The position numbers and the translations under genes were made by a program. Under the pieces are notes generated by a model. That model had not been told where the DNA came from, made no database searches, and was given only the letters and a program-made list of their open reading frames with translations. A stretch of DNA of 64,000 nt from contig JAZNXS010000030.1 of the NCBI GenBank assembly GCA_045594025.1, forward strand, positions 3,230-67,229, in the 5' to 3' direction. The stretch comes from Candidatus Scatosoma sp. (GTDB taxonomy: Bacteria > Bacillota > Clostridia > Christensenellales > Borkfalkiaceae). Shown piece by piece: positions 39,965 to 46,949 of this stretch (within the stretch, counting starts at the first letter, position 1; every line of letters starts with the position of its first letter).

Positions 39965-40215
39965 CGTTTAAAAAACGCCGTTACGAAAGAGACGAAGAAT
40001 ACTCCGCGGTACCACTCTATTTGATGCAAACGCACCCACTCGCGCCCCAAAAGGCATTCTCTGTAACGGGAGATCCCGTCCGAATCTAATAAGCAATTTC
40101 TTGCCGTTCTCTCGGCGGCTCGGGGAGGAGTATATTCCGTAGCGTTCTATCGACTCGCACCCACCGTCGACTCTCTGCAAAGCAACCCTTACGGATTTTG
40201 TTCCCGTCATAGCCT
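39965..40215 (-). promoter_or_regulatory. T-box riboswitch leader upstream of leuA (probably Leu-specific)
   Basis: The minus strand contains the T-box core AGAGTGGTACCGCGGAG (plus coordinates about 40002-40018). The stem I elements AGAGAG and GGTGGGTGCGA are present. CUC codons lie in the candidate specifier region (GAAUAUACUCCUCC). A U-run follows (CGGCGTTTTTT). Confidence 0.75.
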
Positions 40216-40225
40216 TTTATATAAA

Positions 40226-40354
40226 TTATTTCTTGTTCGTTTTACTCCAAGCAATCGCGCCGCAAATCAATGCTACCACGGGAATCAAAACACCGCCCGT
40301 GATAATACTGCCACAACCTGCACAACCGCCAAATATAGCACTTACAGCACCCAT
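40226..40354 (-). CDS. Small hydrophobic Gly/Cys-rich peptide (42 aa), not in the supplied ORF track
   Basis: Hand translation gives MGAVSAIFGGCAGCGSIITGGVLIPVVALICGAIAWSKTNKK. An SD AAAGGAG lies 6 nt upstream, and the gene has its own near-consensus promoter. Confidence 0.45.
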   Translation of the reverse strand: MGAVSAIFGGCAGCGSIITGGVLIPVVALICGAIAWSKTNKK

Positions 40355-40394
40355 AAAAATCTCCTTTTTCACATAGTGAAAATATCTTTTGTAT

Positions 40395-40424
40395 ATTGTA
40401 CTCTATTTCCCCTCGTCTTGTCAA
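40395..40424 (-). promoter_or_regulatory. Sigma-A-type promoter for the 42-aa ORF (and possibly the T-box/leuA transcript)
   Basis: The minus strand reads TTGACA - 18 nt - TACAAT. The palindrome TTTTTCACATAGTGAAAA (40365-40382) lies between the -10 and the SD. Confidence 0.5.
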
Positions 40425-40650
40425 CGGATTGCCCACAGTTTTTTGTGGAAAACATAGGAAAATATCGCTTTAGCTTTGTCACTGAAAATGGTTGATTTGT
40501 GATTTACTACATTTTTACGAGAAAAACACAAGAAAGGCAAGAATGACACAAGGGCGCGTACCCTCTGCGGTCCGTAACCGAGTGTGATACGTAACATTTC
40601 ACAGCGTTTTTCCGTAAAAAATCAACCAAGCGATATGATAGAGCTTTTCT

Positions 40651-41712
40651 TTATAACTTGTACACCCAGCCGTACGGATCTTCCATCTTGCCCCATTGAA
40701 TGCCCGTCAACGTATCGTACAGCTTTTGGGTGACTTCGCCGATTTTTCCCTTATTGACAACATACTCGTCGTCGCCGATTGCCAGTCTGCCGATAGGCGA
40801 AACCACCGCCGCCGTACCGCAACCCCACGCTTCCTCTAATTTACCTGCTTTAATACCTGCCAACAGCTCGTCCACGGAGAAAAGCTTTTCCGTTACCGTA
40901 TATCCCATCGTTTTCAGCACTTCAATACAGCTCTTACGGGTGATACCGGGCAAAATTGAACCCGTCAGCTTCGGCGTGATAATCTCTCCGCCGATTTTAA
41001 ACATAACGTTCATCGCGCCCACTTCTTCAATGTACTTTCTCTCGACGCCGTCCAACCATAATACCTGCGAATACCCTCTTTTTGCAGCTCTTTCGCCTGC
41101 CCTTGTACTCGCCGCATAGTTGCCGCCGCACTTCGCGTACCCCGTGCCGCCGCGCACCGTTCTTACGTCCTCATCCTCAATCATGATGCTGACAGGGTTG
41201 ATTCCCTCTGCATAATAGCTACCGCTGGGGGAGGCAATCAGCATGAACGTTGCATTCTTTACCGCATGTACCCCCAACGCCTCGTCGTTCCCGAACAAAA
41301 ACGGACGCAAATATAGCGAAGTTCCAAACGATTTCGGTACCCATCTCTCTTCCAGCTTCACAAAGGTAGTCAACAGCTTCAGCATGTCCGCTTCCGGCAT
41401 TTCAGGCAAGCTCATACGCTCTGCCGAACGGTTCATACGCTTTACGTTTTCCATCGGACGGAATAACTGTACTCCCCCGTCTGCCCTGCGGTATGCCTTT
41501 AACCCCTCAAAGATTTCCGCGCCGTAATGCAACACCGTGGACGCAGGATGCAACGAAATTCTGCCAAACGGCTCGATTCTCGCATCGTGCCAACCTAGCT
41601 GTTCGTTCCAATCCACAATCAACATATGGTCGGTGAACACCTTACCAAAGCCCAGCTTGTTTTCAGGAGGCATCACCCCTGGATTTTTCGTTTTCGTGAT
41701 TCTGATTTGCAT
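40651..41712 (-). CDS. ilvE: Branched-chain amino acid aminotransferase
   Basis: 353-aa class IV aminotransferase with FGKVFTDHMLIV and LHYGAEIFEGLKAYR motifs. Confidence 0.9.
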   Translation of the reverse strand: MQIRITKTKNPGVMPPENKLGFGKVFTDHMLIVDWNEQLGWHDARIEPFGRISLHPASTVLHYGAEIFEGLKAYRRADGGVQLFRPMENVKRMNRSAERMSLPEMPEADMLKLLTTFVKLEERWVPKSFGTSLYLRPFLFGNDEALGVHAVKNATFMLIASPSGSYYAEGINPVSIMIEDEDVRTVRGGTGYAKCGGNYAASTRAGERAAKRGYSQVLWLDGVERKYIEEVGAMNVMFKIGGEIITPKLTGSILPGITRKSCIEVLKTMGYTVTEKLFSVDELLAGIKAGKLEEAWGCGTAAVVSPIGRLAIGDDEYVVNKGKIGEVTQKLYDTLTGIQWGKMEDPYGWVYKL

Positions 41713-41923
41713 ATTCTTCCTCCTTGCGCACCGAATTTCTTATTCGTTTTTTGCATTACGAAGCGTTTTTTAATTTGTTTAAGTGATAATATAATGATAG
41801 CACAACCGTGCGTTGAAGTCAACGTTTTTCACAAGCGAAACGCGGATTTTTTTCACTTTTTTATGAAATAAAACCGCTTTTCGAGCTTTTTCCCCAAGTT
41901 TACAAATCTTTTAACAATTTTCG

Positions 41924-41953
41924 TTGGCTTTTTTGCCAAGTTATTGCTATAAT
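41924..41953 (+). promoter_or_regulatory. Candidate sigma-A promoter for galM
   Basis: TTGGCT - 18 nt - TATAAT, about 30 nt upstream of the ATG at 41983. Confidence 0.4.
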
Positions 41954-41982
41954 ATAAAGTAACGAAGCGAGGACGAAAAAAA

Positions 41983-43011
41983 ATGATTAAAAAAACGTAT
42001 TCTTTTGAAAAGGACGGAAAACGTTGCGACGTATATACTCTTTCTAATCAAAACGGGTTGGAAGCGGATATTCTCACCTACGGCGGAAGATTGATTCGCT
42101 TAAACGCGCCCGATAGAAACGGAAACTTTACAGACGTTATCGTCGGTTGCAAAACTCCAGAAGATTATTTTGAAGAAAACCCCTATTTCGGCGCAACGAT
42201 AGGCAGATATGCAAACCGTATCGGCGGCGCTAAATTCACCATTGACGGCGGGGAATATACCATCGAAGCAAACGAGGGAGCAAACACTTTGCACGGCGGC
42301 TATTCCGCCAACTTCGACCGCGTTGTTTGGGGGGCGAAAATCAACGGAGATCGACTGATTCTTTCCCACTTCTCCCCCGACGGAGCAGGCGGTTTTCCGG
42401 GAAATTTGACGGTGAACGTCACTTTCTCCCTCTCACAGGATAACGAGCTGAAAATCGAATACACGGCAACGACGGATAAAGACACCGTTTGCAACCTAAC
42501 CAACCACGCCTATTTTAATATCGGCGATACCCCTACCGTCTTAGAGCAGGAGTTGACGATTCACGCAAAGTACATCACTCCTGTGGATAGCAAACTGATT
42601 CCCCATGGCGAGAAGATGGAAATTACAAACACGCCGTATAGTTTCCTAAAACCCAAAAAGCTTGGAACGGATATGCATTCGGACGCGCCCATGATCAAAC
42701 AATGCAACGGCTTTGATTTTAACTACTGCTTGGACAGAGTGGGTAAAGGCTTAGAACGGGTTGCCGAGGTTTACGATCCCGCTTCGGGAAGACGCATGTC
42801 TTGCTACACCACTCTGCCCGGTTTGCAATTATATACCGCTTGCGCTTTGGGTAGCTTCAAGGGAAAGAAGCTGTATACGAACTATGCCGCGCTTTGCTTG
42901 GAAGCGCAAGATTTCCCCAACGCACCCAACTGTCCGCAATACCCCTCAACCCTTTTAAAAGCAGGGGAAACGTATCACGAAATCACCTCGTATAAATTCT
43001 CCGTAAAATGA
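41983..43011 (+). CDS. galM: Aldose 1-epimerase (galactose mutarotase)
   Basis: 342 aa. The motifs GRYANRI, NTLHGG and TNHAYFN are typical of the mutarotase family. Confidence 0.85.
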   Translation: MIKKTYSFEKDGKRCDVYTLSNQNGLEADILTYGGRLIRLNAPDRNGNFTDVIVGCKTPEDYFEENPYFGATIGRYANRIGGAKFTIDGGEYTIEANEGANTLHGGYSANFDRVVWGAKINGDRLILSHFSPDGAGGFPGNLTVNVTFSLSQDNELKIEYTATTDKDTVCNLTNHAYFNIGDTPTVLEQELTIHAKYITPVDSKLIPHGEKMEITNTPYSFLKPKKLGTDMHSDAPMIKQCNGFDFNYCLDRVGKGLERVAEVYDPASGRRMSCYTTLPGLQLYTACALGSFKGKKLYTNYAALCLEAQDFPNAPNCPQYPSTLLKAGETYHEITSYKFSVK

Positions 43012-43159
43012 TTTTAAATCCCCGAATATTCGTCGAGGATTTTTATTCATTGCATACATGCCCCCCTCGTTTTTGTTTTGTGCGTAAAAATCTTTTTTGA
43101 CCTACTTTTAAAAATTTTTGTGAAAAAACTGAAAATCTCGGTTTTCAACCTTAGTAAGG

Positions 43160-43188
43160 TTGACAAAACGGAAAAAATAGGGTATTAT
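43160..43188 (+). promoter_or_regulatory. Candidate sigma-A promoter for the DUF1538/PII operon
   Basis: TTGACA - 17 nt - TATTAT, about 40 nt upstream of the ATG at 43230. Confidence 0.5.
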
Positions 43189-43229
43189 AGTACGGACTTT
43201 ACGAATATAATCAAAAAGGATTCGCAGAC

Positions 43230-44759
43230 ATGTTGAAAGCGTTATTGACAAAAATGAAAGAAGCCGCCGTATCCGTGCTCCCCGTGGCATTGATCGTGCT
43301 TTTATTAAATTTCACCCCCTTGGTGTCCTTCACCTTGGAGGAGACTATCGTTTTCGCATGCTCTTCCATAGCCCTCATTTTGGGCATCTCCCTTTTTAAC
43401 CTCGGCGCAGACATCTCTATGACGCCTATGGGAGAACAAATCGGTTCGACCTTACCGAAATCCGGGCATTTCAAAACGTTGCTTGCGGTTTGTTTTATTA
43501 TGGGTGTGTTCATCACGATTGCTGAACCCGACTTGTCCGTACTTGCTTCGCAGGTAAAAGACGCCATCGACGGAAAACTGCTTACGGTTGCCATCGGCGT
43601 CGGCGTTGGATTTTTCCTGCTTTTATCGGTGCTGAAAATCGTCTTCCGTATCAGCCTTTCCAAGTTATTGACCTTCTTTTATATGTTGTTGTTTGCGTTG
43701 GTATCCTTGGTTCTGATTAACGGAAACGGAAACTTCCTGCCCCTTGCTTTTGACTCGGGTGGGGTTACCACGGGCCCGATCACCGTGCCTTTTATCATGG
43801 CGCTTGGCGTAGGCGTCTCCGCCAGCCTTGGCGATAAGAAGGATAGAGAATCCAGTTTCGGCTTTATCGCGCTTTGCTCCATCGGCCCTATCCTTGCTGT
43901 TATGCTACTCGGCGTGTTTGCGGATAATCAACTGACTTACACCCTGCCGGATTATTCCATGGAAGCGCACTTGGGTGACTTGTCCTCAACCCTGCTCCAC
44001 ACAATGCAGGAGGTTGTGATTGCTATCGCCCCCATCGTTGCGTGCTTCTTTATTTTACAAGCGCTGTTTATGAAATTGCCGAAAAAGCGTCTTTTGCAGA
44101 TCGTCATCGGTATTTTCTACACCTTCTTCGGTTTGGTGATTTTCCTCACCGCCGTCACCGTCGGTTTTATGCCCATCGGTTTTAAATTAGGAACTCAGCT
44201 CGCGCAGACACATAACGCGCTCCTTGTAGCCATCGCATTCGTGCTTGGGTTTGCCGTCGTTCTTGCCGAACCTGCCATTCACGTTTTGAAACGTCAAGTG
44301 GAAACGGTCACAAACGGCGCCGTTAGTAAAAAATCTATGTTGATTGCGCTCTCCGTGGGCGTAGGCGCATCCATTGCGTTGTCGGTCATCCGCATCATCT
44401 TTAATTTCAGCATTCTTTATTATATGATACCCGGCTATTTCATCTCGCTTGGGTTGTCCTTCTTTGTGCCGAAATTATACACGGCAATCGCATTCGACTC
44501 CGGCGGCGTTGCAAGCGGACCCTTGACGTCGACGTTTATTCTCCCCTTTGTTATCGGGATCTGCGCGACGCTCTATCCCGCCGATCCGAATAACGTGCTC
44601 ACCCTTGCGTTTGGGCTTGTCGCCATGGTTGCCATGACGCCGCTTATCACCATTCAGGCTTTGGGCTTTAAATCCATCGCTACTCAGCACTTCAAAGAAC
44701 GCATCGCTATGCGCCGTATTCTTGACGCAGACGACGAACAGATCATTCAATTTATGTAA
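43230..44759 (+). CDS. DUF1538-like polytopic membrane protein with an internal duplication
   Basis: 509 aa with more than 10 TM helices. A duplicated signature is present: AFDSGGVTTGPITVPFIMALGVG and AFDSGGVASGPLTSTFILPFVIG. Confidence 0.65.
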   Translation: MLKALLTKMKEAAVSVLPVALIVLLLNFTPLVSFTLEETIVFACSSIALILGISLFNLGADISMTPMGEQIGSTLPKSGHFKTLLAVCFIMGVFITIAEPDLSVLASQVKDAIDGKLLTVAIGVGVGFFLLLSVLKIVFRISLSKLLTFFYMLLFALVSLVLINGNGNFLPLAFDSGGVTTGPITVPFIMALGVGVSASLGDKKDRESSFGFIALCSIGPILAVMLLGVFADNQLTYTLPDYSMEAHLGDLSSTLLHTMQEVVIAIAPIVACFFILQALFMKLPKKRLLQIVIGIFYTFFGLVIFLTAVTVGFMPIGFKLGTQLAQTHNALLVAIAFVLGFAVVLAEPAIHVLKRQVETVTNGAVSKKSMLIALSVGVGASIALSVIRIIFNFSILYYMIPGYFISLGLSFFVPKLYTAIAFDSGGVASGPLTSTFILPFVIGICATLYPADPNNVLTLAFGLVAMVAMTPLITIQALGFKSIATQHFKERIAMRRILDADDEQIIQFM

Positions 44760-44775
44760 AACGGGGGTTACAGGT

Positions 44776-45183
44776 ATGAGTTTATTGAAAAAACCTCGCA
44801 AAAACAGAAAAGCCAACCTCGTGGAAAAGGACGCACCTATGAAAGCGGACTTTAAGAAATTAAAGCTGATCGTAACCGTGGTCAACCGCAATAAAACGGA
44901 ATTCTTCCTCGACTATTTAACAACGTTTGGCGTCAACTTCCAAACGGCGGTCGCAGGACAAGGCACAGCAAAATCGGAAACGCTGTATCTGCTTGGTTTG
45001 GAAGATTCGGATAAAGGCATTATTTTTAGCGTTATCAACGAGGACAAAGCGCCTGAGGCTATGCAAGGCTTGGAAGAAAAATTCCACACCATTCGCAACG
45101 GCAAAGGGATTGCATTCACCGTCCCCTTAACCAGCGTCATCGGCGTTGCTATTTACCGTTTTTTAAGTAACAATAGGAAATAA
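44776..45183 (+). CDS. PII-like (GlnB-fold) small regulatory protein with a basic N-terminal extension
   Basis: Start at ATG 44776 with an SD GGGGG. The core KLIVTVVNRNKTEFFLDYL...GIIFSVINEDKAPEA...GIAFTVPLTSVIG looks like a beta-alpha-beta PII fold. Confidence 0.55.
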   Translation: MSLLKKPRKNRKANLVEKDAPMKADFKKLKLIVTVVNRNKTEFFLDYLTTFGVNFQTAVAGQGTAKSETLYLLGLEDSDKGIIFSVINEDKAPEAMQGLEEKFHTIRNGKGIAFTVPLTSVIGVAIYRFLSNNRK

Positions 45184-45195
45184 GGAGAAAGACTC

Positions 45196-45525
45196 ATGAA
45201 ATATAATCACGAAGCTATTTTTTGTATCGTAAACAGCGGTTACAGCGACGTCGTTATGGACGCTGCGAAAAAGCTTGGCGCGCGCGGCGGTACTGTGATC
45301 AACGCCAGAGGTACTGCAAGCAAAGACGCGGAATCCTTCTTTGGAATCACCATTCAACCGGAAAAGGAAATCGTTATGATTCTTGTCCCCTCCTCCATTA
45401 AAGACGACGTTTTACACGCTTTGTATAAGGAAGCAGGGTTGGATACGGCAGGCCAAGGGATTGCCTTTGCGCTGCCCGTAGATAGCGTAGTCGGTCTTGC
45501 CGACTCCACCTCGGAAACGAAATAA
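45196..45525 (+). CDS. PII-like (GlnB-fold) small regulatory protein
   Basis: 109 aa. AIFCIVNSGYSDVVMDAAKKLGARGGTVINARGT...EIVMILVPSSIKDDVLHAL...GIAFALPVDSVVG. Confidence 0.65.
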   Translation: MKYNHEAIFCIVNSGYSDVVMDAAKKLGARGGTVINARGTASKDAESFFGITIQPEKEIVMILVPSSIKDDVLHALYKEAGLDTAGQGIAFALPVDSVVGLADSTSETK

Positions 45526-45542
45526 TACATTCACAAATAGAG

Positions 45543-45570
45543 AAAAGCACCCAGCAGGGTGCTTTTTTTG
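45543..45570 (+). terminator. Rho-independent terminator after the PII-like genes
   Basis: GCACCC agca GGGTGC followed by TTTTTTT. Confidence 0.8.
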
Positions 45571-45675
45571 TTGACGACGTTCGTCCCTCTTTTATATCGC
45601 TTAGTAAGAAGGAAGTATTTGACAATATTCTCATACCTACCCCTTTCTTTTTGCTTGTTTTTTCTAAACTTGCTT

Positions 45676-46884
45676 CTACTGATATTTTAACCGCGAAAGC
45701 GCAAAATGCGCATAGAGCGCCGCGCCAACGTACAGCGCGTCCTCGTCAAAACGCGCTTTGGGATGATGCAACGGATATGCGTAGCCTTTCTCTCTTTCCC
45801 CTGCTGACAGCGCCATCATAATCGACGGAACTTCATGCGCGATATAGGCAAAATCTTCCGAGCCGCCGCTTCGTTTCACGGCGCTGTTTGGGCTCAACTC
45901 TTGCACGGTGAACGCCTTCTTTTTTCCCAACAATTCTTTGGCTACGCTTGCCGTAAAAACAGATAATTCCTCGTCGTTCCATAATGTGGGACAACCGCTT
46001 GTAAATTCCGTTTTTGCTTGCAAGCGATGGGCTTTTGCTATGGCATTCACCGTTTCTATAATTCGTTTTTTAAGACGAATACGTTCCTCCTCATTAAAGA
46101 TACGCGACGTTCCTTTCAGGGTAACCATGGACGGAATCACGTTTCCTGCCTCTCCACCGTGTACGCATCCAACCGTTAAAACCGCGCCTTGCGAAACGGG
46201 GATTTCCTGCGCGGTAAGCCCATTTAACGCCAAAATTAAGTGCGCCGCCCCGGAAAGAGGATTTCTCCCCTCCCACGGCGAAGAGCCGTGACAGCCTTTC
46301 CCAGTCAAGCGCACGGTGAAAAAATCTGCGGCAGGTGCGCTGACGCCAGGCGAGGAAATGATCGCCGTTCCCGTAGGGAAATCCGTATTCGTCATCACAT
46401 GCAGCATCATTGCCGCTTGTGGCGAGGGGTTTTCTAGCACGCCGTGTTTCAAAACGTCGTTTGCCCCCTCCAACGTTTCTTCCGCAGGCTGAAACAATAA
46501 CTTAACACAACCGTCGCAATCCCCCTCGTTTTCCTTGAGCAGCTTTGCCGCACCCAATAACATGGCTGTATGAAGATCGTGTCCGCAGGCGTGCATATTT
46601 CCCTTTTTACAGGCAAACGTTTCCCCCGATTTTTCCTGTATAGGCAAGGCGTCCATATCCGCGCGCAAAAGAATACATTTTTTCGCATTCACTCTACCCA
46701 TGGTCGCAATTACCCCTGCTTTTCCACAAGGTTTTGGGATATATCCAAATGATTTTAGCGTGCTTTCCACAAAGCTTACGGTATCCTTTAAATCAAACCC
46801 GATTTCGGCGTGACTGTGTAAGCTTCTTCTATATTGTATAAGTTCCTCTTGCAAGGCTTTGGCTTGTTTCAATAAACTGTTCAT
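45676..46884 (-). CDS. M20D-family amidohydrolase (N-acyl-amino acid amidohydrolase-like)
   Basis: MHACGHDLH metal-binding motif and FQPAEE. The start is uncertain. ATG 46884 (MNSLLKQ) was chosen because the longer ORF overlaps the upstream terminator. Confidence 0.8.
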   Translation of the reverse strand: MNSLLKQAKALQEELIQYRRSLHSHAEIGFDLKDTVSFVESTLKSFGYIPKPCGKAGVIATMGRVNAKKCILLRADMDALPIQEKSGETFACKKGNMHACGHDLHTAMLLGAAKLLKENEGDCDGCVKLLFQPAEETLEGANDVLKHGVLENPSPQAAMMLHVMTNTDFPTGTAIISSPGVSAPAADFFTVRLTGKGCHGSSPWEGRNPLSGAAHLILALNGLTAQEIPVSQGAVLTVGCVHGGEAGNVIPSMVTLKGTSRIFNEEERIRLKKRIIETVNAIAKAHRLQAKTEFTSGCPTLWNDEELSVFTASVAKELLGKKKAFTVQELSPNSAVKRSGGSEDFAYIAHEVPSIMMALSAGEREKGYAYPLHHPKARFDEDALYVGAALYAHFALSRLKYQ

Positions 46885-46906
46885 GCGCTTAGTATGGGCA
46901 AACCGC

Positions 46907-46936
46907 ATAAAAAAACGCACCCTTCCGGGTGCGTTT
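46907..46936 (-). terminator. Rho-independent terminator closing the TIR operon
   Basis: The minus strand reads AACGCACCC ggaa GGGTGCGTT followed by TTTTTTT. Confidence 0.8.
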
Positions 46937-46949
46937 TGATAAAGTTCGC

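Noticed and set aside
39968-40210. 80-aa minus-strand ORF upstream of leuA
   Set aside because: It lies entirely within the T-box leader RNA and has no SD.
40242-40436. 64-aa C/R/W-rich minus-strand ORF from the track
   Set aside because: Its start lies upstream of the TTGACA/TACAAT promoter and has no SD. The overlapping 42-aa frame has a strong SD and a plausible membrane-peptide composition.
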